From Antechinus flavipes (taxonomy: Eukaryota), in contig NC_067398.1 in NCBI RefSeq assembly GCF_016432865.1, forward strand, positions 117,056,001 to 117,120,000: DNA of 64,000 nucleotides. Direction: 5' to 3'. Shown here one piece after another: positions 12,061 through 23,648 of this stretch. The position numbers were made by a program, and so were the translations under genes. Below the pieces are notes generated by a model. That model did no database searches and had not been told where the DNA came from. It saw only the letters and a program-made list of their open reading frames with translations. The first letter of the stretch is position 1, and the number at the start of each line of letters is the position of its first letter.

Positions 12061-12860
12061 CAGACAGGCATGACTTTAAGAAAGAAAAACAGGGGACAGG
12101 AGAAGGACTTTTCTGGAGGGCATGGGATAGCTTTCAGAAACAGCCCTCATTCGTTTATTCATGCATTAACAAAAGTATCCTGGGCTATTGCCAGTCATCC
12201 TAACTTGTGTCTTGCCACTGGATCTTGATGAGTCTGGAGGAGAGAAAGGGGCTGATGACTTTGCATGGTTCTGCCTCATCTACATCTAATTCACTTGCAA
12301 GTCAGACTCCTGATGGCAACAGCACTAAGAAAAATATTAAGCACCATCTAGGTGCTTTACTGGCTATATCCTGTGGAGAAATGTAGCTATAGAGGATTCT
12401 AATTCCTTGGTACCACATACTGCATCAGTGGGTCAGTCCTTGCCAGATAAATACCAATAACTCATCCCTGGGATTCATTCCTTTATGTAGCTCAGCACAT
12501 CTAATTTGAGTAACACAAGGCCCACCCCAAATTACATTTGTCTACTCAAATACATATAGTGGTTTATGTGAGGTCCTCCATGATGAGATCCCCCCCCATA
12601 CCTTATAAGGCTCATTTCCTACTACTTCCATGTACTAAACTTATGCTCTGGTCACACTAGTCTCTTTACTTCTTTCTGAAGTATCTTTTCCCTTCAATTT
12701 CTTTCCCTTATCTCTCTTCTGCTTGAAACCTCACTTCAAATTTTCAAATGTCAGTTTCTCTATGAAGCCTTCCCTGATCCATATCCAGCAATACAGCCTT
12801 CATAACATTGTGGGAACTAACCTTGCTTTTGCATTGATCTGATCATTTCACTCATTTGCC

Positions 12861-12861
<1 letters not shown>

Positions 12862-12946
<85 letters not shown>
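12862..12946. repeat. (GA)n microsatellite
   Basis: About 40 GA units. Confidence 0.95.
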
Positions 12947-14099
12947 CGCCTTTAGTGGCTCCATTGCCTATGGATTAAATTTCAGACTCCTTTGATTGTC
13001 ATTCAAAGCCATCTGCAATTTGGCATTACCCAGTCTCTCCAGCTTTATTACACATGATTCCCTTCCACACATTCTCTGTGCTGTCTTCCCACTTCTTTGC
13101 CTTTGTTCGGGATGTTCCTTATGCCTGGAATGGCTTCCTTCACTTTCCCCACTTTTCCCAGCACTTAAAGCCCACCTCTGTGGGCGGAGGTGAAAGTAAC
13201 ACTGAGGATCAGAGAAAACTTCCAGAAAAAGGATAGAAAGTGCTAGCTAAATAAGCATTATCAAGGTGGCAGACTAGGGCTAAACCCTGGGGCTAGAGCA
13301 AAAAAACAGCCCCAGTTCTTAAGGAGTTGACAATTTAAAAGCAGGGAGGGTAGAAGGAAAGATATATAGAGATATATACAGATTAAGTAGGTGAAATCCA
13401 ACTTTAAAAGAAAGTAGCTTAAAGGGGGATCTAGACAGGCTTCGTGCAGAAAGTGGGATTTTATCTGGGACTTGAAGGAAGCCAAGAACTCCATTTGACA
13501 AGGATTGCTCCCCTGACTCATCCGGAGGACTGGAAATGTGTGCTAGTCAATCAGCATCTACATGAACAAAATAAGATTTTACAGTCTAAGAGGTAATTAC
13601 TTTCAGGAGCCTAAAAGGTGTGGGACCTGGAGCCAACATAAGCTGACTTCACTCCTTGTTCAGACTTTACCTGTGTGACTCAGTCCTGTCTCCTCAGCTA
13701 TAAAATAAGGCTAAAAATCGCTATAATACCTATCTCACATTTTACAATTGAGGAAATTGAGGCAGAGATGATTTGCACAGATCACACAAGTGACTCAGTG
13801 TCTCGAGCCTAGATTTGAACCCAGGGCTTCCAGACTCCAAGCCTAGCTTGTGCCCATCGTACCACTTAGCTGCCTCCAGGATGACAAATGCCACGAGAGA
13901 GGGAGAAGTGCGTGCTAGAGTGCAACAGGGTGTGTTCAGGTATGTACCTGTGAGACAGGTAGTGTGGGAGCGTTGGTAAGTGAAGAAAACAAGACAGGTA
14001 GAGTGACTTGCCCTGACTCACAAAGCCAGGAAGTCACGGAGGCAGAATTCGAACCCAGCTCTACATCCGAGGCCTCATCACTGTTCCGCAGCTCCCCTG

Positions 14100-14600
14100 G
14101 GGAGCTGGATCTCTAGGCGGTAGAATGGCCCCGGAAGCTGCACTTTAAGGAGTGGGGACTTTAACTAAGCCTGGAAAGAGGAGGTAGATTTCTGCAAGCT
14201 CAGAGCGGGGAAAGGGATCGTGCGGAAGCCTCGTTCTTCCGAGAAGTCGCCTGCATTTGGCAAAGGAGACACCATCAGCATCACCGCCGAGAGAGCAGAG
14301 GCAGTATCGTCCCCGGCCGTTCCGCTCGCTGGGCCGGAGAGGACCATCCGGAACCTCCCGAGCGGACCCGGAAACACCCGAGTGTATCCGGAAACACCCG
14401 AGCGGACCCGGAAGGAGCAGCGGGCTGCAGCCTGGGAGTGCGAAACCAGGGTTTGAGCTCTGGCAATGGCGGCGGCAGCGGCAACTGCAACTACGAGCGA
14501 GAACGGGCAGCGGCAGCCACCGGCTGGTACGGAAGGGAGCGAGCACCGATGCTTTAGGAGGCTCGGAGGCTGGCGGCTAAGAGGAGGGCGGGAAGAGAGA
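14100..14600 (+). promoter_or_regulatory. RABEP2 CpG-island promoter with ETS sites
   Basis: High CpG density spanning exon 1; CCGGAA at 14131, 14348, 14368, 14388, 14408. Confidence 0.8.
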
Positions 14601-17600
14601 CCCAGGAAAGGGGATAGATTGGGAAGAGAGAAGGGGGCGGAGCTTCCCCTCGGAGGGGGGAAGAGAAGGGAGGGACCAAGAGTTGGACGTTCGAAAGGGG
14701 GCGGGGCAGGGCGGGGAGTTGAGAAAGGGCACGTGGGTGAAGGTCAGGCAAGGAGGTGGGGCGGAAGGGGAAAGGGGCGGGACTTGACTCGTATGAGTGG
14801 GCGGAGTTTTGTTTGGGGGCGGAGCTTTGGAGAAAGTGAGATGTTAGAAGGGGCTTTGAGAAAAAAGGGGGGAGTTGCGAGGGCGAGGGGTGGAGCTAGT
14901 AAAGAGTGGGTGGGACTTTGGAAGAGGGGTGGAGTTTGGGGAAAGCATACCTGGGGACTGGGTGGGACTTGGGAGTGGGTGGGGCTTTGAGTGAGGAGTG
15001 GAACTTTTGTGGGAAAGTGGAAGGGCATTTATAGAAGGATGGGGCTGGGACAGGAACCTTGCTAGTGAGAGGGTAGTTTGTGGGGAGTGGGTGGGGCTTT
15101 GAGTGACAGGTGCAGCTTAGGGGGGAAATGGGGCTCCAGGAGAGAGGGAGGGGCTTTAGGTAATGGGTGGAGCTTTGGGAAATAGAGCCTAGGTGGGGCT
15201 TTGAGGTTTTGGGGAAAAGTGATGCTCCTGAAGAAGGGAGGGCTTTGGAAAAGGAGCATTTCCAAAGAAGGGATGGGGTTTGAGGAGAGTGAGTGGTTGG
15301 AACATTGGAAAAAGCACAACTAGAGGGGAGCTTTGAGTAGGGGCGGGTCTTATGGAGAAGGGGTGGCTTATAATGATATGGGGAAAAGGGTTTGTGAAAA
15401 ATGGGAGGAGCAGTGGGGGGAGAGGGTCAGGCCCTTGGAGAGAGACCTCCTACGAAGGTTAGGGTCTCCCATTGTGAGAATGACGCTGAAACATAGGTGG
15501 GAAACTGTGGGCTTGGGGCTAGGAGAGTCTCAGTGAAGTGACCTTTGCAGAACCAAACCCAACAATGAGGGGCGATAGTTTGGAGGCAGAGGCTGGAGAG
15601 CTGGGGAGGCTGAAAGCCCAGCTCGGGGCAGCCCTGGCAGAGATGGAGAACATGAAAGCCGTGGCAGAAGTGAGTGAGAGCACCAAGGCCGAGGCTGTGG
15701 CGGAGGTGCAGAGACAGTGCCGGGAAGAGGTTGCATCCCTGCAGACCATCCTCAAAGGTGAGACCGGATCCCAGAGGCTCCTCGATCTGTCTGCCTGGTG
15801 ACACCCCAGCTTTTGATAGGAGTCCCGAGGCTCCCTGTCCTTCAGGCCTCCGCTTGAGCTTCCCCCAAGACCCCAAGACAGAGGGTCTTCCTCAAACCTC
15901 ATTTTTTTTCTTCCCTGACAATCTGCCCCCTCGGTCTTTTATATACCCCCTTTATCAGCACATGTCCCAAGTAAATGCTTTCTCTCAGGATATGGTTGTA
16001 AAAGGGCCTTCGTGGTGGCTTTATAGAAGAGCATATATATATATACACATATGTATATATGTATGTATGTGTATACTATAAGCAAATGTACATAGTGAAA
16101 TGACTATAAGTATCTCATTAGATTCTCACAGTAGCCCTTTGAGATATTACCAGTTACTTACCTGAAATAAATCAGTCTTTATCAGGAATTTTATCACTTT
16201 ACCAAATGAAATACAGTTTGTAACTTAGAGCCTTCCTTAGGATTGCCTGAGCCTCAGAGAAATTATGGGATTTGCTTATGGTCACACAGCTAATAAGTGT
16301 CCAAAGCTGATTTCAGAGCCTGATCTCCTGTAAGACCAGGCTAAGTACTCTTTGCCCTCTCTCCCATGTCAAGTTGTTTTTGACGGTGTTGACCTCCAGA
16401 GCTCAGAAGAACCTGAAAGAATAAGGCAGAGGTCCTGCTTTGTTTCAGATCAGCTCTGGGCCTGGCAACTAGAGGCTTGATGGCCATGTCCACACTGCCA
16501 GCTTCAAGCTGTTAGGAAGAAAGCCTTTGGTAAGCCTACAAGGACTATAAAAATGGAAGCTGTTGTTATTCTAATTAGCCCAGGAGATTCAACCCAAACC
16601 AAACTTACTTTTTATATGACTACCTTATGTTCTACATTTATCAGAAGCTTTTTCCTTTTTCTGTCAGCCTTTTTGTTGATCTACTCATTCATTCCTCAGA
16701 GGGGATGTAAGAGAGCCAGATTTGGGAGTCAGGAAAAACTCCAATATAAATCCTGCTCCTGGCGCAAATCTCACCTCAACCTCAGTTTCATCATTTGTAA
16801 ACTGTAGCTATCATATTTGTATTAAATGTTTCAATGGATTGTTGTGAGGATCAAATAAGATATATATAAAGTGCCTTACAACTTCAAAAGCAATGTAACT
16901 CTTAATTGGGTATGATTATTATTGTTTAGAGTCCTCTCTCCATTTTGGCAGTGTCATTTCAATCAGTAGCTCTCTATTTCAGCTGTAATCCAACCCCCTA
17001 TGCAATATGTGGGCAAGTAGGTACCTTCTTTTGTGCCTTTCCTCCTTCAGGGTTCCTTCCCTTTTAATCCCTGGAAATTCCTTTTCACTTTTATCACCTT
17101 TGAACCAGGGTTCCCTTTCTATCACTTCCTCCTTCCCCTCCCATCATACCACCATATCCATATCTTTTCTCCTCCTTACCTCAGTCTCTTTACTCTTTCC
17201 TTTCTAGTCCTGTTCTTTCCAATGCATTCTCTTTTCCTTGGGACTTGCCTAAGCTTCACCACCCTAAGCGTGAAACGGCCCCTCAGTGATTCTGAATTTG
17301 GCTGACCCTGTTCCATAACCTCCTTTCACAGGATTCAAATACATAGAGCTAGAAGAGACCTCAAAGGCCATCTCTGTAGTCCAGCCCTATCACTTTAAAC
17401 ATGAAGAAGCTTAAGGATGGAGTAGCTTTGCTCAGGGTCATACTGATTGTAAGGAGAAGAGATGAAATTTGGCCCCAGGTTTCCTGGGTTCTTTCCCCTA
17501 TCCCACACTGCTTTTCCATCCCTCCTTCTAGATTCCATTAGTAGCTATGAGGCTCGAATCTCTTCTCTGGAGCAAGAGCGGAAACAGCAGCTGCAAGATC

Positions 17601-20600
17601 AGGAGGCAAGAGAGAGGGAGCTGAGCCGGCTGAAGCAGCTTCTTTCTCGTTCTCACCCTCTGGACTCCTTGGAAAAGCAAATGGAAAAGGTTGGAAGCCT
17701 TTGGGTATCCCTAGGGAAGTGTAAGAGCCCAGTTAGTGGAGCCTTGTTGAAGAAAGAGAAGCTTGAAGGGGAAGAAGTGCTTGGACATGAGAACTTGTAC
17801 ATACCCCCTTCTAGATGAGGGAGAAGAGCACAGGGAAGATTCAGTCCCTGCTCTCATAGAGCCTCCAGTCTAATGGAGGAGGGGGCCAGAACACAAATAA
17901 CCAGCAGGTAACAGCCGGGACATCGGCAGTAGAGCGGTGCTGTCAGTCTCCCACATATAATAAATATATATATTTATATAAAAAGTCCTGTGGCCACAAC
18001 ATATTGACTTAGTTTTCAATATTATTTAGGTTGATTGGAGTTTTATGCACTTTCCTTAGGCTGGCACTGGCCAGCATGTTTGATACCTGTGCAGTAGAGG
18101 GTAAGCAAAGCAGGTGCTGTGTGAAACCCAGGGAGAAAGTCGTTAGCAGCCAGAGGTGGCAGGAAGGCTTCCTGAAGGGAGGGAGGTTTGAGCTGGGCTT
18201 TCACACCAAGCTAGGGAATTCAAGAAGGAGTTGAGCATGGTAATGGGAAGAAGTTGCAAGGTTCAGGAATGCACCGAGGTAGTGAAAAGAGCCCTGGATT
18301 TTGAAGTCAGACCTGGATTCAAATCTAGCCTCGAATGTCTAATAGCGTGTGATCCTGTCGATCTATCAGTGCCTCAGTTCCCCCATCTTTAAGATGGAGA
18401 TAATATTTTTACTTCCTCCTCACAGGATCATTGTGAGAAAGGGACTTGGCAAGTCTTAAAGCCCTCTCTAAGTACAACGTTCACAAAGGGAAATAAGGCA
18501 GAATGAGAAGGTGTCAGATCGTGGAGGTCTTTGTGCCAGGGACAGTTGTTTGTTTGCACGTTACTTGAGAACCCCTGGAGATTGCCAAGCAGGTGGAGGA
18601 GGAGGGGTAGCTCTGGGCCACTTGCTGGGGATCAGCTGTGCCATCCCCTGGGTGCCTAGGCTCATGAGGATTCAGAGAAACTTCGGGAGATCGTGCTGCC
18701 CATGGAGCAGGAGATTGCCGAACTGAAGGGGAAGCTGCTGAGGGCAGAGGAACTGATCCAGGAAATCCAGGGCGGCCAGGTGAAGGGAGGGCAGGCCAGG
18801 GCCCCGGGGGAAGGAGAGGGGACACAAAGAAAGCCTCCCACCAAACTTCTCTTCTTCCCTTGGCGCTCCGTAGGGCCGTGCCCATCCCCAGCACTCTCTG
18901 CATGGCTCCACAGAGCTGCTCCCTCTGCCCCGGAACCCCTCCCCACCCCTGGAGCCTCCCGAAGATCTGGCTGTAGATGGGGGAGCCGCCGCTGAGGTCT
19001 TTGCCCGGAACTGTGATGACAGCGCCTCCATATCTTCCTTCTCGCTGAGAGCTGGCAGCAGTGCCTCGCTGCCCCGAGGGCGGCGGGGAATGAGCCCCGA
19101 GCAGGAGGAGACCGCCTCTCTCGTCTCCACCGGGACCCTGGTTCCGAAGGCATCTACCTGCCGCCCCCCGGCTACCAGCTAGTGTCAGAGCACCAATGGG
19201 AGCAGCTGCAGCTTGAGGTGAGTCTGGGTGGATGCTCACAGGAGTGGGGGGCACTCACAGGAGGAGGGGGCACTCACAGGAGGCACGAGGCGCTCACAGG
19301 AGGAGGGGGCGCCCACAGGAGGAGGGGGCGCTCACAGGAGGAGGGGGCGCTCACAGGAGGCGCGGGGCTCACAGGAGGAGGGGGCGCTCACAGGAGGAGG
19401 GGGCGCTCACAGGAGAGGGGGTGCTCACAGGAGGAGGGGGCGTTCACAGGAGGAGGGGGCGCTCACAGGAGGCGCGGGGCTCACAGGAGGAGGGGGCGCT
19501 CACAGGAGAGGGGGTGCTCACAGGAGGAGGGGGCGCTCACAGGAGGAGGGGGCGTTCACAGGAGGCGCGGGGCTCACAGGAGGAGGGGGCGCTCACAGGA
19601 GGAGGGGGCGCTCACAGGAGAGGGGGTGCTCACAGGAGGAGGGGGCGCTCACAGGAGGAGGGGGCGTTCACAGGAGGAGGGGGCGCTCACAGGAGGCGCG
19701 GGGCTCACAGGAGGGGGGCGCTCACAGGAGAGGGGGTGCTCACAGGAGGAGGGGGCGCTCACAGGAGGAGGGGGGTTCACAGGAGGAGGGGGTGCTCACA
19801 GGAGGAGGGGGCGCTCACAGGAGGAGGGGGCGTTCACAGGAGGAGGGGGTGCTCACAGGAGGCGCGGGGCTCACAGGAGGAGGGGGCGCTCACAGGAGGT
19901 GCGGGGCTCACAGGAGGAGGGGGCGCTCACAGGAGAGGGGGTGCTCACAGGAGGAGGGGGCGCTCACAGGAGGAGGGGGCGTTCACAGGAGGAGGGGGTG
20001 CTCACAGGAGGAGGGGGCGTTCACAGGAGGCGCGGGGCTCACAGGAGCAGGCAGCCATGGCAGGCTGGGTGGGGCGGGGGAAGGAGTCCTGGGCCGGGAA
20101 TCTGGAAACTTGCAGCCCTTCACTCACCAGGCACAGGACTCCCCTCCTCAGGGCCTGCGTTTCCCCTGTCAGGTGAAGCACTGGATCCAGTGGTTTCTAA
20201 GACTTTATCCATCTAGAAGGTTGTAAGACTTTTCCAGTGCCTCCTGGGAGGGCAGGCCCCCCTTCATCTTCTGTGTGGCGGGATTTCTGTGCCAGGGGCG
20301 GCAGCAGCAGGAGTCACTGCAGCAGCTTCAGAGGCAGCTGGAGAGTGCTGGGCGGGAGCGCGACGAGCTTCAGGAGGCCCTGAGGCGGAGCAGCGAAGAC
20401 TGCGCCAAGCAGGTAGGGAGCGCCGGGCGCAGGGCTCCTGCTGCTCTCCTCCCCGGGGATGGCGGCCTCTCTGATCGTGTCTCTCCTCGCCCAGGTGCAG
20501 GTCCTGCTGGCGCAGGTGCAGAACTCGGAGCAGCTTCTGCAGACCTTGCAGGGGACGGTGAGCCAGGCTCAGGAGAGGGCCCAGCAGCAGATGGTGAGGA

Positions 20601-23012
20601 GGCTTTGGGCTGGGGGCACCCACACTCTGCAGGGAGGCCGGGCAACCTTCATTCGACACCTCAGCTTCAGCCCAGGAGCTAGCAGAGGGTAGGGCTAGAA
20701 GTGTCTTAACACGGGCCGAGTTAGGAGAGAAGCCATGGTGGCCCACGTGGGCCCCGTTCAGCGGGTTGGGGCAGGCCTTCAGGAGCTGAAACTGGCCAGC
20801 AGTGGGGAGTGTTCCTAAGTACTGGGGCCTGAGGCTGCTGCAGAGAGCACCGGGGTGGGGACCCCCCTTTAACATCATCTCTCGCCTGGCTGCAGGCGGA
20901 ATTGGCTGCCTCTCACAAGCGTGTCTGCTATGAAATAAAGCGGCTAAACGAGGAAAACCAAGGCCTTCGGTGCCGGCAACCCTTGCCTTTAGGCCCCCAA
21001 GTTCAGGAGCAAGAACGTGGAGAGGAGGAGCTGCTGCTGCCCACATCTCCCCTGGTACGGAAGGGGATTGGGAAACTAGGGCAGTCACTGCTCTCCAGTC
21101 TGTTCCCAAGGAGAGAGAGAGAGAGAGGATCTGATCTGACCATAAGAAACTAATGTGGAAAAGTTGGGGAGAGGACTTTTGTGATCTCAGGCAAATAAAT
21201 GACTTCCCCCCTCTGGGGCCATGTCCTTATTGATAAATGAGGAGAAGAGACTAATCAATCCTCAGTTCCTTCTAGCACTTCTGTTTTCCGAGGTGTTCAC
21301 TCAGCCAGCTGCCTTAGTGCATGTGTGCAGCCGGTGACGCGGAATGACCTCTGGCCCCGCCCCTCCGTCCCCCTCATCGGCCCCTGCTTTTCCAGGAGCT
21401 ACAGCAGCTGCTGCGGAGCACCCGGCAGGAGGCCCGGGAATGTCAGCGTGCCCAGGAGCACGAAGCCGAGCGACTCCGCATCGAAATTGTGACCCTGAGA
21501 GAGGCTTTGGAAGAGGAGACGGCCTCGAGGGCTGCTCTGGAGAGGGAGCTGAGAGTGCAGCGAGAGGAAACGGGTGAGGGAGGGAGGCACGCCGAGGGAC
21601 TAGCGCGTCCCAAGGAGGCATTGGACACATGGGGGGGGGGATGTTGGGAGGAGGCAGAGAGATGCCGTGGCCTGACTCCGTTTTCTTCTTCTTTTCTCCC
21701 ATCCCACTGTTGCCATGACAACACAGAGGTTTTAGAGGGTGAGTATAAAAAGATGGAGGCTGGGATGGAAGGAAGGATGGAAGGAGGGAGAAGATGGTGA
21801 TAGGAGAGGTAGTAGATCTGATTTGCACCCCCTGACCTCCCAGCCTCCCTGTGTAGCCTAAGGACAGAGATGGAACGGATCCAGCAGGAGCAGAGCAAGG
21901 TAAGGGCTTCGCATGGACAGGAATATGGAAAGGAGAGGCTTCTGGGGGAAGCGAAGGAGCGCTCCCTCTCACCCATTTCTCCCCCCGCGCCCTGCAGGCA
22001 GAGCAGCAGCTTCAGGCATCCCAGAGGCAGCCGCCCCCCCCAGCTGTCAGTTGGACTGAGGAGAAGGTCTGAGCAGCTGGGCAGGTTGTGTTCATGTGGA
22101 GAGGGAGAGCTGTTTCCTGCCTTTCGTACCTTGCTTCCACTTCTCTCTGCCTGCTGTGGCTCTAGTGTGGGAACGGGGAGGTGGGAACGCCGTTCCCTCG
22201 GCCACAGGCTTCTCCCTGTGCCTCTTACTGTCTTCTTCCTCCCCTCTCCTGGTGGTGCTGCAGGGTGGAGGGTAGATGACCTGAACCTGGGACTCCAGAC
22301 TTCCTTTTGCTCCCACCCCTACCAGGCTCAGCTCACAAACGTTCTCTCAGAACAAAGGGCAAAGGTGTTACGGCTTCAGGCTGAGCTGGAGACAAGTGAA
22401 CAAGTACAGAGGGACTTTGTTCGGCTGTCCCAGGCCCTGCAGGTAAAAACGGGCTCCCAGGCCGAGGAGCCACTGGGTGGGCAGGTCACCTTGGGGAGGA
22501 GTGCCCTGACCCCGTGGCTACACTGAGCAGTGAGGGACTCCACGCAGGAGGCACCCTGCCCGCTCAGCTGTTGCTGAGAAAGCGAAAACTAAACAGAAAA
22601 AACAGCTCACGCGTACATCTTCACAGTTTTAGAATATGGAATGTCCGGACTGAAGTAGACCTTTGAGATCTAGTCAGCTTCCCTCCTGCTCAGATGGCCC
22701 AAACAGAGGGAGCAGTTTACCCAAATTCACATAATAAATACTGCCGTTTTGTGAATGTTCACCCTCTATCACCAGACTTCCCATGACGGTTACCATAACC
22801 TGGCTTGTTTCCCAAGGACCAGGGAAAAGGGAGTCATCAATTTATCAACTGGAGGTGGAAGGGGAAATTCAGTACTTCTCCACCTTATATACAACCCCCT
22901 TCCCCCACAGGTGCGCCTGGAGAGGATCCGCCAGGCAGAGACCCTGGACCAAGTGCGAAACATTGTGGACGAGACCCCCCTTAGAGATGTGAAGGACATA
23001 AAGGACACCTGA
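14466..23012 (+). CDS. RABEP2: Rab GTPase-binding effector protein 2 (Rabaptin-5beta), 13 exons, about 576 aa if the exon-5 indel is corrected
   Basis: Exons: 14466-14526, 15551-15757, 17532-17689, 18660-18779, 18874-19217, 20296-20412, 20495-20593, 20896-21054, 21396-21573, 21727-21738, 21844-21899, 22326-22442, 22911-23012. Peptides MKAVAEVSESTKAEAVA, HPLDSLEKQMEK, QVQRDFVRLSQALQVRLERIRQAETL...DIKDT* match RABEP2. 1-nt deletion at about 19145. Confidence 0.95.
19233..20050 (+). repeat. GC-rich minisatellite (VNTR), 18-19 bp unit CTCACAGGAGGAGGGGGCG and variants, about 44 copies
   Basis: Directly visible tandem array in RABEP2 intron 5; variants ctcacaggaggcgcgggg, ctcacaggagagggggtg, ttcacaggagg... 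Confidence 0.97.
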
Positions 23013-23633
23013 ACACAGCAGGAGGCCAGGCTTCAAAACCTGCCATCTCCCCTTCCTCCCACTTGTCTCTGGGGAAGGAACCTGCCTTCTTAGACTCCAG
23101 TAAAATCAAGGATTTCTGGGGTTTGGGGATGATGAAACATAGCCTTCTAGCCCCTCAGGAAAACTCTTTCCCCTTCCTCTGAGCCAGCGGTGGAGGGGCT
23201 CAACATGTCCCATCTAGATTCCCTCCCTCCCATAGCAGGTAAACTGGGCCTTTCTGCTCTCAGGGATGACAGCCGGGAGAGGGTTGTGACCCCTCCTTCC
23301 CCAGCCAAAGGCGCAAGAGCATGTTTTTGAAGCTCTAGGGCCCCCCACCCATACTGCCCTTCAGCCAATACTGACACTAATTCAGCTTCTGAACCATTTG
23401 GTCCCATGGACCGCCTTCCCATCTTTGTTACAGCAGCCCTTCCCTCTTCCCAGTCCCCTCTGCAGTGCCCTGGGGCTAACAGGGAAACCTCAGCACATGT
23501 GTAGGATGCTCCCTGGCCACATCTGCTTTCATGTGCGTGTGACACGAATGTGCTTTCAGGAGGGGTCATATATGACTTAACCAGACTTGCTTTTGTTCTC
23601 ACACATGGAGGTCCAGGCCAGAGTTTGCTCTCA

Positions 23634-23648
23634 TTTAATGTCAATAAA
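23634..23648. terminator. Back-to-back poly(A) signals of ATP2A1 (ATTAAA, minus, 23639-23634) and RABEP2 (AATAAA, plus, 23643-23648)
   Basis: Sequence tcatttaatgtcaataaatt. Flanking minus-strand gggacaaggcgacc...gagctgctaatttattga matches the human ATP2A1 3' end as recalled. Confidence 0.75.

Noticed and set aside
14527-14990. 174-aa ORF starting at the RABEP2 ATG
   Set aside because: Read-through of the G-rich intron 1 beyond the donor at 14526.
19233-20050. CRISPR-like repeat array
   Set aside because: No unique spacers, and the context is eukaryotic; it is a VNTR.
19182-20226. Three long overlapping ORFs (314-344 aa) with repeating SQEEGALTGGGGAHRRRG
   Set aside because: Translation of the stop-free minisatellite in RABEP2 intron 5; not a gene.
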